A stretch of DNA of 64,000 bases, taken from NCBI GenBank assembly GCA_038087875.1, contig JAXLNO010000174.1, positions 124,001-188,000 on the forward strand, read 5' to 3'. The notes beneath the pieces were generated by a model that was not told the origin of the DNA, searched no databases, and worked only from the letters and a program-made list of their open reading frames with translations. Position 1 is the stretch's first letter. Every line of letters starts with the position of its first letter. The translations under genes were made by a program, and so were the position numbers. This DNA is from Malacoraja senta (Eukaryota). This document shows positions 13,985-25,809 of the stretch, piece after piece.

Positions 13985-16325
13985 GTGGAACGCGGGGCTT
14001 GCTTCTTACAGAGGGCCAGAGAGCCGTTGGAGAGGTCGCAGAGGGAGGAGGAGTCGAAATTTGCAACAAGTTCCACTCGCACTTCAAAAACACTTCAAAA
14101 ACAAGCGGGCTTAAGGAAGCCGCTGATTGGTGGAAGCAGACAGGAGGGAGCAGCTGATTGGGAGTCAGATCCCTGCTGATTGTACTGTATTGCAGCAGTT
14201 TGTTTAATATTGTATCCTAGGTAAGGGGAGTATGAGGGCCAGGGCAATTTACTGTTCTGGATGTCAGACGTGGGAAGTCATGGAGTCTGATAGCCCTCCA
14301 ACCGTCCACATCTGCGCCAGGTGTATCGAGATGGGGCTCCTAAGGGACCGTATTAGGAACCTGGAGCAGCAGCTCGATGATCTCCGTCTGGTCAGGGAGA
14401 GCGAGGAAGTCATTGAGAGGAATTACAGGGAGGTGGTCACTCCAAGACCACAGGAGGCAGGCAAGTGGATCACGGTTGGGAGAGGCAAGGGGCACAGGCA
14501 AGGACTAGAGAGTACCGCGGTGGCTGTACACCTTGACAATAAGTACTCCTGTTTGAGCACGTTGGGGGGGGCAGCCTACCTGGGGGTAGCGACAGCGGCC
14601 GGGACTCCGGTACAGATACCGGTCCTGTTGCTCAGAAGGATAAGGAAGAGAAGAGGATGGCAATACTAATAGGGACTCTATTGTTAGGGGGTCAGACAGG
14701 CGATTCTGTGGACGCAGTCGGGAGACCCGGATGATAGTTTGCCTCCCTGGTGCCAGGGTATGTGATGTGTCTCAACGTGTCCATGATATCCTGAAAGGGG
14801 AGGGAGAGGAGCCCGAGGTCGTGGTACATATAGGTACCAATGACATAGGTAAAAAGAGAAGAGGTCCTGAAAGGAGAATTTAGGGAGCTAGGAGGGGAGT
14901 TAAAGAGAAGGACAGACAAGGAAACAATCTCGGGATTACTGCCTGTGCCACGCGACAGTGAGAGTAGGAATGGAGCGAGGTGTACAAAAGGATGGGTTGC
15001 ACTTGAACTTGAGGGGGTCCGATATCCTGGCGGGGAGATCTGCAAAGGCTACTGGGGAGACTTTAAACTAGAATGGTTGGGGGGAGGGACTCAAATAGAG
15101 AAAGCTATTAGACGGTGTGTGAGGCAGGAGGCAGAGAAGGAAAGCACTCAGACCCAACATGTAGGAGGGAAAGAAGAAAACAATAATAAACAGAGAATAA
15201 GAGGTGGTGGGGTTCTTAATGGGTGAGCAGAGAAACAGAGGGGTGTAAACTGCGGGCGGAAGCAATAGGTAGCAAGGTGAAAAGTAAAAGTGGCACGCAG
15301 ACAAATCCAGGGCAAAAATCAAAAGGGCCACTTTTCAACTAATTGTATAAGGGGTAAGAGCGTTGTAAAAACAATCCTGAAGGATTTGTGTCTCAATGCA
15401 AGGAGCATTCGTAATAAGGTGGATGAGTTGAACGTGCAGATAGCTATTAATGATTATGATATTGTTGGATCACGGAGACATGGCTCAGGGTGACCAAGGC
15501 TGGGAGCTGAATATCCAGGGATATTCAATATTCAGGAGGGATAGAGAAAAAGGAAAAGGCGGTGGGTAGCGTGCTGCTTAGAGAGAAGATGAACGCACTG
15601 GAAAGGAAGGACATTAGCTTGGAGGATGTGGAATCGGTATGGGTAGAGCTGCGAAACACTAAGGGGCAGAAAACGCTGATGGGTGTTGTGTACAGGCCAC
15701 CTACCAGTTGTAGTGAAGTTGGGGATGGCATCAAACAGGAAATTAGAAATGCGTGCAACAAAGGCAAAACAGTTAAAATGGGTGGCTTCAATCTACATAT
15801 AGATTGGGTGAATCAAATTGGCAGGGGTGCTGAGGAAGAGTATTTCTTGGAATGTATGCGGGATAGTTATCTAAACCAACATATAGAGGAACCAACGAGA
15901 GAGCAGGCTATTCTCGACTGGGTATTGAGTAATGAGGAAGGGTTAGTTAGCAGTCTTGTTGTGCGTGCCCCCTTGGGCAAGAGTGACCATAATATGGTTG
16001 AGTTCTTCCATTCGGCTGGAGTGCTGCCTTCTGCTAATTTCAGAAACAAGGGTTCTGAACTTAAAGAAAGGTAACTTGAGGGTATGAGACGTGAATTGGC
16101 CAGACCTTGACTGGCAATTAGTTCTAAAAGGGTTGACGGTGGATATGCAACTGGAAATCATTTAAAGACAGCATGGATGAACTACAAAAATGTTCATCCC
16201 AGTTTGCAAAAGAATAAATCCAGTGAAGGAGTGCCATCCGCGATACAGGGAACTCAAGGGATAATATCAAAGCAAAAGATGATGCGTACAAATTAGCCAG
16301 AAAAGCAGCACTCTCCAGAGAATGG
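13985..16325 (+). mobile_element. CR1-clade LINE 5' portion, left-arm copy, continuing through the palindrome spacer
   Basis: ORF1 14232-14669 and endonuclease fragment 15562-16074. The spacer 16040-16325 continues ORF2-like sequence (RVLNLKKGN...KAKDDAYKLARKSS). Confidence 0.85.
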
Positions 16326-18349
16326 AGAACTCAACCATATTATGTCACTCTTGCCCAAGGGGGCACGCACAACAAGACTGCTAACTAACCCTTCCTCATT
16401 ACTCAATACCCAGTCGAGAATAGCCTGCTCTCTCGTTGGTTCCTCTATATGTTGGTTTAGATAACTATCCCGCATACATTCGAAATACTCTTCCTCAGCA
16501 CCCCTGCCAATTTGATTCACCCAATCTATATGTAGATTGAAGCCACCCATTTTAACTGTTTTGCCTTTGTTGCACGCATTTCTAATTTCCTGTTTGATGC
16601 CATCCCCAACTTCACTACAACTGGTAGGTGGCCTGTACACAACACCCATCAGCGTTTTCTGCCCCTTAGTGTTTCGCAGCTCTACCCATACCGATTCCAC
16701 ATCCTCCAAGCTAATGTCCTTCCTTTCCAGTGCGTTCATCTTCTCTCTAAGCAGCAACGCTACCCCACCGCCTTTTCCTTTTTCTCTATCCCTCCTGAAT
16801 ATTGAATATCCCTGGATATTCAGCTCCCAGCCTTGGTCACCCTGGAGCCATGTCTCCGTGATCCCAACAATATCATAATCATTAATAGCTATCTGCACGT
16901 TCAACTCATCCACCTTATTACGAATGCTCCTTGCATTGAGACACAAATCCTTCAGGATTGTTTTTACAACGCTCTTACCCCTTATACAATTAGTTGAAAA
17001 GTGGCCCTTTTTGATTTTTGCCCTGGATTTGTCTGCGTGCCACTTTTACTTTTCACCTTGCTACCTATTGCTTCCGCCCGCAGTTTACACCCCTCTGTTT
17101 CTCTGCTCACCCATTTAAGAACCCCACCACCTCTTATTCTCTGTTTATTATTGTTTTCTTCTTTCCCTCCTACATGTTGGGTCTGAGTGCTTTCCTTCTC
17201 TGCCTCCTGCCTCACACACCGTCTAATAGCTTTCTCTATTTGAGTCCCTCCCCCCAACCATTCTAGTTTAAAGTCTCCCCAGTAGCCTTTGCAGATCTCC
17301 CCGCCAGGATATCGGACCCCCTCAAGTTCAAGTGCAACCCATCCTTTTTGTACACCTCGCTCCATTCCTACTCTCACTGTCGCGTGGCACAGGCAGTAAT
17401 CCCGAGATTGTTTCCTTGTCTGTCCTTCTCTTTAACTCCCCTCCTAGCTCCCTAAATTCTCCTTTCAGGACCTCTTCTCTTTTTACCTATGTCATTGGTA
17501 CCTATATGTACCACGACCTCGGGCTCCTCTCCCTCCCCTTTCAGGATATCATGGACACGTTGAGACACATCACATACCCTGGCACCAGGGAGGCAAACTA
17601 TCATCCGGGTCTCCCGACTGCGTCCACAGAATCGCCTGTCTGACCCCCTAACAATAGAGTCCCTATTAGTATTGCCATCCTCTTCTCTTCCTTATCCTTC
17701 TGAGCAACAGGACCGGTATCTGTACCGGAGTCCCGGCCGCTGTCGCTACCCCCAGGTAGGCTGCCCCCCCCAACAGTGCTCAAACAGGAGTACTTATTGT
17801 CAAGGTGTACAGCCACCGCGGTACTCTCTAGTCCTTGCCTGTGCCCCTTGCCTCTCCCAACCGTGATCCACTTGCCTGCCTCCTGTGGTCTTGGAGTGAC
17901 CACCTCCCTGTAATTCCTCTCAATGACTTCCTCGCTCTCCCTGACCAGACGGAGATCATCGAGCTGCTGCTCCAGGTTCCTAATACGGTCCCTTAGGAGC
18001 CCCATCTCGATACACCTGGCGCAGATGTGGACGGTTGGAGGGCTATCAGACTCCATGACTTCCCACGTCTGACATCCAGAACAGTAAATTGCCCTGGCCC
18101 TCATACTCCCCTTACCTAGGATACAATATTAAACAAACTGCTGCAATACAGTACAATCAGCAGGGATCTGACTCCCAATCAGCTGCTCCCTCCTGTCTGC
18201 TTCCACCAATCAGCGGCTTCCTTAAGCCCGCTTGTTTTTGAAGTGTTTTTGAAGTGCGAGTGGAACTTGTTGCAAATTTCGACTCCTCCTCCCTCTGCGA
18301 CCTCTCCAACGGCTCTCTGGCCTCTGTAAGAAGCAAGCCCCGCGTTCCA

Positions 18350-18350
<1 letters not shown>
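16293..18350 (-). mobile_element. CR1-clade LINE 5' portion (5'UTR, ORF1, ORF2 endonuclease), truncated at the palindrome centre
   Basis: ORF 16293-16946 is an APE endonuclease (LNARSIRNK, VGITETWL, GGGVA, GVVYRPP, LDWVL, LGKSD). ORF1 lies upstream. Confidence 0.9.
17345..18104 (-). pseudogene. CR1 ORF1: zinc finger, leucine zipper and SGNH esterase (frameshifted, internally deleted)
   Basis: CSGC...CARC, then LLRDRIRNLEQQLDDLRL. A shifted frame gives IGDSIVRG...VCLPGARV...VVVHIGTNDIG, the SGNH esterase blocks typical of CR1/L2 ORF1. Confidence 0.85.
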
Positions 18351-18384
<34 letters not shown>

Positions 18385-18737
18385 TTTTTATTAGAAGTAC
18401 GGTAAATTACAGTAATACACAACACTTATATCTTAACACATTTTTTATACCGCTTCATTTTTTTGAGCTTTAAGAGAAAGATAGAAGTAAGAAAAGTAAA
18501 GAAAGTGCGCAAGAGTCGTGGAGTGCAAGAGAGTGTTGTGAAAAGAAAGTCCCTTAGAAAAGAAGTTAGAGAAGGAAGTAAAGTAAGAAAGTAGATCCTA
18601 GAAAAGAAAGAAAAAGAAAGTAGGAACAATCGCAGAAAGGGAACCACCAACCAAGTCTGTTTTTATTGTTTTACCTCCCATTACCAGGTCCTGATACCAT
18701 TTCTTTATTTATTTATTTTTTAAATTACTATTGCACC

Positions 18738-21700
18738 TCATGCTTGTAATAGGTCCAGAAACGTAGACCACGTCTTTTGGAATTGGTCTGCTTTACCTGC
18801 TAAGAGGAATCTCATCTCTTCCAGATGTAATGTTTCCAACATATTTGATGTCCACATTTTTATTGTTGGTGTGGGCGCATTTTTCCAGAATTTAAGTATG
18901 AGCCTTTTTCCCATTATTAGCCCGTAATTGAATAAGTTCTTCTGATACACGTTTAATTCAGGGATACCTTCCGATATTCCAAAAATGATCCATTCTGGTT
19001 TTGGTACCAGTTTTATTTTAATTAATTTTGAGAAAATGTCAAATATTTCATACCAGAATTTTTGGATTTTTCTACAAAAAAAAAAGAATGCGCTATGGTA
19101 GCTTCTTGACATAGACATTTATCACAGATTGGTGAAACATTAGGAACGGTTTTATTTAATTTAGTTTTTGATAATATAGTCTATGTAATGTTTTGAATTG
19201 GATGAGCGTATGTCGTACGTTGATCGAACATTTATGCACCTGTAGTAAATGGTTATCCCAGCTCTCTTTTGAATTTTTTATAGATAATTCTTGTTCCCAG
19301 TCTCTTCTAATTCCATCTGTTGTGGGTATTTCTATGTTTAAAATGATATTATATAAGTACGATATTAGATTAGCTGATTCCGCCTTTGTCTTAATTGCTT
19401 CATCTAGTAAGTCGGAAGGCATATTATGATAGTCTTTTGTGTGTTTTTTCAGGTAATCACGAATTTGTAGATATTTAAAATATTGATATTTTTTCAGATT
19501 ATATTTCAGTTGTAGTTGTTGAAATGATAGTAATTTTCCCAATTCATACAGATCTTCGAGCGTTTTGATTCCCATTCTTTCCCATTGTATAAATGATTTG
19601 TCTATGGTTGAAGGTTTAAACGATGGGTTATTAACTATTGGTATTGAGAGAGATAGGTTTCTTAATTTTAGATTCTGTTTTATTTGTTTCCATGTTCTAA
19701 TTGTGCTATTTATAATTGGGTTTTTATTATAATTTTTATTATTCAAATATATTGGAGAGAGAATAATCGCTCCTATATTACTCGGGGAACAGTCCCCTTT
19801 TTCCATTATAATCCAGTCCATCTGCTGGGCAGAATTGTCCAGCAGGTGAATCATATTTTTAATATTTACTGCCCATTTATAATACATAAAGTTAGGGAGC
19901 GTGAGACCCCCCAACTCGTTTCGTTTATTAAGGTGTGCTCTTTGTATTCTATGGGATTTATAATCCCATATAACATTTTTAGTGTCTGAGTCCAATTTTT
20001 TGAAAAACTTTTTTTGGGAGATATATAGGTATTGATTGAAATAGGTATAGGATTTGTGGTAAGAAAATCATTTTTATACCATTTATTCTGCCTATTAAGG
20101 ACATCGGAAGTGTTTTCCAGAATTTAATCATATTATTTAATTTCTTAAGCAAGGGATTATAATTGGCTTTAAACATATCCTGGTAATTTCTACTAATTTC
20201 AATTCCCAAATATTTGAATTTTTCTGTAGCTATTTTAAAGGGGAATTTCCTGAGGTGTGTTGAGTCTTTTGGTTTTATCGACATAATTTCACTTTTGTTC
20301 CAGTTTATTCTATATCCTGAAAAGAATCCAAAGTCCTCAATTAAATTTAATATATTTGGTATACTAATTTGTGGTTTTGTGATGTACAATAGTACATCAT
20401 CGGCATATAAGGATGTTTTGTTATTTGAATATTTTGTATTATAACCGTAAATATCCATGTGTGTGCTTATTTTTCAGCAAGGGGTTCAATTACTAAAGCA
20501 AATAACAGCGGTGATAATGAACATCCTTGTCTATTGCCCCTTGATAGTTCAAATTTCGAGGATAATATATTAATAGTTAGTATTCTAGCCGTAGGTTTGT
20601 TATATAATAGTTTTATCCATGCAATGAAGTTCTCTACCAATTGGAATTTTTGCAATACTTTAATCATATAGTCCCATTCTACTTGATCAAACGCTTTTTC
20701 TGCGTCCAATGAGATGATAGATAACTCTTGGTCCTGAGATTTATGTGAGTGCATTATGTTAAGCAAACGTCTCAAATTATTAAATGAATGTCTCTTAGGT
20801 ATAAATCCTGTTTGATCCTCATTTATTAGTCTGCTAACATACCTGCTTAGTCTACTGGTTAGTGTTTTCGCTATTATTTTTTTGATCCGTATTTAACAAA
20901 GCAATAGCTCTATATGATCCTGGTTCTTCTATATTTTTATCTTTTTTAAGTATTAATATGATCGTTGATTCTGCTGGTATTTCAGGTAAGTTTTGCTCTT
21001 TAAAAGCAAGTGTATACATTTTCTGTAATCGTGGAGTAACTATGTCATAAAAAGATTTATAAAATTCATTACTGAATCCGTCTGGTCCTGGTGTTTTTCC
21101 ATTCTTTAGTGTTTTTATTGTGTCTTCTATCTCCTTAGAAGTAATTTGTGCTCCCAGTTCCTGTTGTTCCCTCAGTTCTAATTGTGGTAGGTTACAGTTA
21201 TCTAAAAATTCTGAGATTTTATTATTGTCTATTAACGTTTTAGATGTGTATAGATTCTGGTAAAATTGAGCAAATCTTTTATTGATATCCTTGGGTAGTG
21301 TTAATAATTCCCCTCTGTCTGATGTAATCTTTAATATTGCATTCTCTTTTTCCCGTTTTTTCAGTTGCCGTGCGAGGAGTTTGTGGGGTTTGTCCCCGAA
21401 TTCGAAGTGTTCTTGTTTTGTGATTTGAAATAATGTTATAACTTTCTCTGACAGTAATTTATTTAGCTTGAATTTCAATAGTAGGATTTTATTATGTTTA
21501 TCCATAGTTGGATCTTTAGCATTATCTGTATCTAATTGTTTTATTTGTTCTTCTAAATGTCTTTGTTCATTCTTATTCTTTTTATTTTGATAAGCTTGGA
21601 ATGAAATAATGACTCCTCTAATAAATGCTTTGAAGGATTCCCATAATAGCGTGGGGGAAATATCTGATGTATCATTTATCTCAAAAAATAGATCCATCTG

Positions 21701-22537
21701 TTTTTTTAGATATATACTCCCTTGTGGGTCTTTTAAAATTTGCGAGTTAAACCTCCAGAACGATTTATTCATAGACATTCCTTCTATTTTTAAAACAAAA
21801 GTTAACGGAGAGTGGCCTGAGATCGCATTAGTGTGGTATTTAGCGTTCATTGTGTGCGGAATTAATTTTGTATCCACAAGAAAGTAGTCTATCCGTGAGT
21901 ATGTTTTATGCACCGTTGAATAAAACGAATAATCCCTTCCCGTCGGGTTTGCAATCCTCCACACATCTGCTATATTTGTGTTTTCCATATATGTATGTAA
22001 AAGTTCACTGGTTTTAGATTTCATATTACCTTTTTGTTTTTGCATCGATTTATCTAGATAAGGGTCTAAAAGACAGTTAAAGTCTCCTCCAATTATAACA
22101 TTTTGATAATTAAATTCTGCAATTATATTCAGAATTTTATTAAAAAATTGAGGGTTATCGAAATTGGGCGCGTATATATTTACCAGCGTAATTGGCGTAT
22201 TATTGATCTCTCCTGCTACTATAAGGTATCTCCCTTCCTTATCTAAAATAGTATTCTTTGATTTAAATGGAATTCCTTTACGAATGATGATTGCAGTACC
22301 TCTAGATTTGGAGGTGAATGAAGAGTGAAATGTTTGTCCTATCCAGTTCGCCCTCAGTCTCGTCTGATCTTGATGTTTAAGATGCGTTTCCTGTAGAAAC
22401 GAAATGTCCGTGTTGTATGATTTCAACTGAGCTAGTATCTTGTCCCTTTTAATAGGTTCATTAATACCCCTTATATTCCAGCTACATAGTGTGATTCCTC
22501 CCATTTTCTTTTGATTATCATCATACATTTTTACCAA
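18738..22537 (-). CDS. L1 ORF2p (APE endonuclease, RT, C-terminal Cys-rich), split by homopolymer frameshifts
   Basis: [65 protein letters not shown]...H. Confidence 0.88.
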
Positions 22538-23423
22538 TTTTAATGATCTTATTTATTATGGTGCATTCATACCTCAGGACTCTGGTTATTTTGGGGGCAT
22601 TTCTATTATAGACTTCCTTGGTAGTTCTCCTCCGCGATTGTCCTTGGAAAGAAAACACATAGATGTGACGTATTGTGCTAAAAATAAAAAATAAAAGTAT
22701 ATCAAATAAGTGTACGGTGTCTGAGATTTCAACACCGTAGTGAGTGTCCCACTCGTCTGTGGGGTACGACATCGATATCGCTTCCGGCGTAGATGTTATG
22801 ACGTTAGCCCCGCTGCCTTTATTACCCAAAACCTAGGGGGTCGGTACCGTTTCCAAATCAGTTCTATTTCACCCAGTTGCAGTATATATATATGTTTCAT
22901 TCCGACTTCAATTGTATTCAGTTACATATATTCCTCACTCTTTATCTCTTAACTATTTTGAATTGGTTTTACTATTGTTAAAAGTGAGCTGTTCGCTGAA
23001 AGGGTTAACCGGAGTCAGGCTCCTGGAGTTATGCCAGGTGCATAGTCTCCTCCCCTCCCCACTCGAGCTGCGGAACATATGTGATTACTGTTGTCTGCGT
23101 TATAAGGCAGGCAACACATTTTTATCAGTTTCAATTGCTATTTCTATATTAGTATTGTTAATTTTTAATTATTATTGATTCTCAATATTTTATAAAACTA
23201 TATAAGCCATGTGATGTTTTTCACTCTCAGCACATCAGATCGTCAGTTCCATGTTATCAGTCTTTCCTCGTTTGAGCACAGAGTGTCCTTGAGTTAGATG
23301 CCACAATGTTCAAGGGGAGATAATAATGTCTAGACACGTCTCCTGGAAAATCTGTTGCGTGTGATAATTTTAAAAGATTGATGTTCAGTTATTCACTTTT
23401 CTTGTGATATTCTTGATTGGTGA

Positions 23424-24485
23424 TCAATCTTCACTTGTTGCTGCCTTGGCCACGATTTCTTTAGAGTATTTAAGAGATTCTGCCGAGTTAATGAATGTTT
23501 TTGACTTTCCCATGAAAGTAATACGCATCCTGGCCGGATAACACACTCCACATATGACACCCTTGACACCGTAAAGAACTTCTCTGGTCTGTGAGAACTT
23601 TCTTCTCTTTTGCACAATTTCGTAAGGGTAGTCCCGTAGGAGTTTAATAGAATCATTTCTGTACATCATCTCCTCTCCGTATTTGATTTTTTTCATCAGC
23701 GCTTCCATTGTTGGGATATCCCGAAGTTTAACTATGCTATGTCGTGGGTAGGCATGTGCTCCTTGAGATCTTGGTTTAAATCTGGGTAGTCGATGTGCTA
23801 CTTCAATTACAGGTGCCTCAGATAGTTTGAGTACGTATTTAATTAGATTGGCAGTGAACTCACAAGCATTGTCCCCCTCAGCTCCCTCTTTTACTCCACG
23901 TATACGTATATTTTGTCGTCTTGAGCGAGCTTCTAGGTCAACACATTTATCAGACACTTTTGTAAGATGGCTCTTGAGGCTGTCTATTTCTAACTTCATC
24001 GTCTGCATCTCTCCGGTCATCTCTTCCACAACAGCTTCCATATCTTTCACTGCAGTTACATTTGCAGAAACAGTTTCATGCACAGCCTCAAACATCTTTG
24101 TGGTCTCTTCTGCCATCTTATTAATTTTCCCCGTTAATTCTTCTTGCACATCATCCACTCTTTTTTGCAGAGCACCAATGCCCGCAAGTATTTTTTCATT
24201 ACCGGCCATCAAATTTATGTTTCCAATTTTCAAGTCATTTTTCAAATCTCTTACCGAGTTATTTAACTCCTCCAATTCGGTTTTCTCTTTTGTGGTCATC
24301 TCAGTCTTAAATCGTGTGTCCATTCCAGAAACCACTCCAGAGGTCCGTTTTGCAGTTTCTTGCTGTTCCAGAGTCTTCAGCGATTGTTTTGTAACTTTCC
24401 TCTGTGGGCTCTGACCTGGAGATGTACTTTTCATTTTAAATGACTTTCCCTCCGTTAAATTCACGGCGCTTACTGATGACGTCAT
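23424..24485 (-). CDS. L1 ORF1p (coiled coil, RRM, CTD), uninterrupted 353 aa
   Basis: Heptad-rich N-terminus, then DLEARSRRQNIRIRGVKEG, IEVAHR, PRHSIVKL, RDYPYE and YPARMRI: L1 ORF1 motifs. Confidence 0.9.
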   Translation of the reverse strand: MTSSVSAVNLTEGKSFKMKSTSPGQSPQRKVTKQSLKTLEQQETAKRTSGVVSGMDTRFKTEMTTKEKTELEELNNSVRDLKNDLKIGNINLMAGNEKILAGIGALQKRVDDVQEELTGKINKMAEETTKMFEAVHETVSANVTAVKDMEAVVEEMTGEMQTMKLEIDSLKSHLTKVSDKCVDLEARSRRQNIRIRGVKEGAEGDNACEFTANLIKYVLKLSEAPVIEVAHRLPRFKPRSQGAHAYPRHSIVKLRDIPTMEALMKKIKYGEEMMYRNDSIKLLRDYPYEIVQKRRKFSQTREVLYGVKGVICGVCYPARMRITFMGKSKTFINSAESLKYSKEIVAKAATSED

Positions 24486-24551
24486 CAGCGCCGCGACGTG
24501 AGACTCCGGTAAGTTTTTAAAAACGGTCCCGACCTCCAGACCCGATTTTAA

Positions 24552-25167
24552 CGCGTTCCACTTTAACTCCTTCCGCTCGGGTGTAGCTCCTCCCTCTGCG
24601 ACCGCTCCAACAGCTCTCGGGCCTCTGTAAGAAGCAATCCCCGCGCTCCACTTTAACTGCTACCGCTCGGGTGTAGCTCTACCCTCTGCGACCTCTCCAA
24701 CGGCTCTCGGGCCTCTGTAAGAAACAAGACCCTCGCACCACTTTAACTCCTACCGCTCGGGTGTAGCTCCTCCCTCTGCGACCTCTCCAACGGCTCTCGG
24801 GCATCTGTAAGAAGCAAGCCCCGCGCTCCACTTTATCTCCTACCGCTCGGGTGTAGCTCCTCCCACTGCGACCTCTCCAACTGCTCTCGGGCCTCTGTAA
24901 GAAGCAAGCCCCGCGGTCCACTTTAACTCCTACCGCTCGGGTGTAGCTCCTCCCTCTGCGACCTCTCCAACGGCTCTCGGGCCTCTGTAAGAAGCAAGTC
25001 CCGCGCTGCACTTTAACTCCTACCGCTCGGGTGTAGCTCCTCCCACTGTGACCTCTCCAACGGCTCTCGGGCTTCTGTAAGAAGCAAGCCCCGCGCTCCA
25101 CTTCATCTCCTATCGCGCGGGTGTAGCTCCTCCCTCTGCGACCTCTCCAACGGCTCTCGGGCCTCTG
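24552..25167. repeat. 90-bp tandem repeat (~6.8 copies), plus a partial copy at 18287-18350 on the other side of the L1
   Basis: Unit starts recur at 24561, 24651, 24741, 24831, 24921, 25011 and 25101. Confidence 0.95.
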
Positions 25168-25809
25168 ATGAGGCACTAGAACTCTAGTCGCCTCCGGAGA
25201 ACTTCAGTTCACTCAACGTACCGGCCGTTAACAGCCAAACCTGGGGGTATGTTGGACAGAGTATCCTGAACCAGGAGCAAAAATTACAGCGTATCCTCAA
25301 GCTCCTGATGGCAGGGATAACATCCTATGCTCGTTCCGTGGGAGGGGTGGATATGACCACCAACCAGCAAGACACTCTGGCTCTGCTGTGCAACACTGAA
25401 TATGAGATAAACAACATCCGCAAGGAGATAATAAGACCTGCCCTCAATCCCAAATATGCAGCACTGTGTAAAACACCGGCATCAGAGACACAGATCCTGT
25501 TATTTGGAAAGGACTTGACAAAACAAGTGAAAGACCTGGAGGAAGAGTCCAAAGCATTCAGCCTCATGAGGGCAGGCCCCGGAAAGAGCAGACCCACACA
25601 ATCCAGACGGCAGTACCCCACCACGTCCACTAGTCGACGTCAAACTTATGGGACTGGTGAAAGCTCGGGGTCCGCATACCATCCCCGAAAGCCTTTTTTA
25701 GGCCAGGGCCCAGAGCGGACTCCATGGAAAATGCGCCACCCCCAACCAGCAGTACATCCAGCAGTACAACGACGGATGAAGAAACTGAAGAAAGGAACAC
25801 TCCCATAAT

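Larger units (their letters stand above)
18351..24551 (-). mobile_element. Full-length L1-clade LINE (~6.2 kb) with poly(A) tail and 13-bp TSD
   Basis: ORF1 and ORF2 present, with AATAAA and poly(A) at 18351-18378. TSD AAAGTGGAACGCG (minus strand) lies on both sides (18341-18353 and 24552-24564), at a TT/AAAG L1 endonuclease-type site. Confidence 0.95.

Noticed and set aside
24552..25167. 90-bp array as a CRISPR-like array
   Set aside because: The whole unit repeats with no unique spacers; eukaryotic context, no cas genes.
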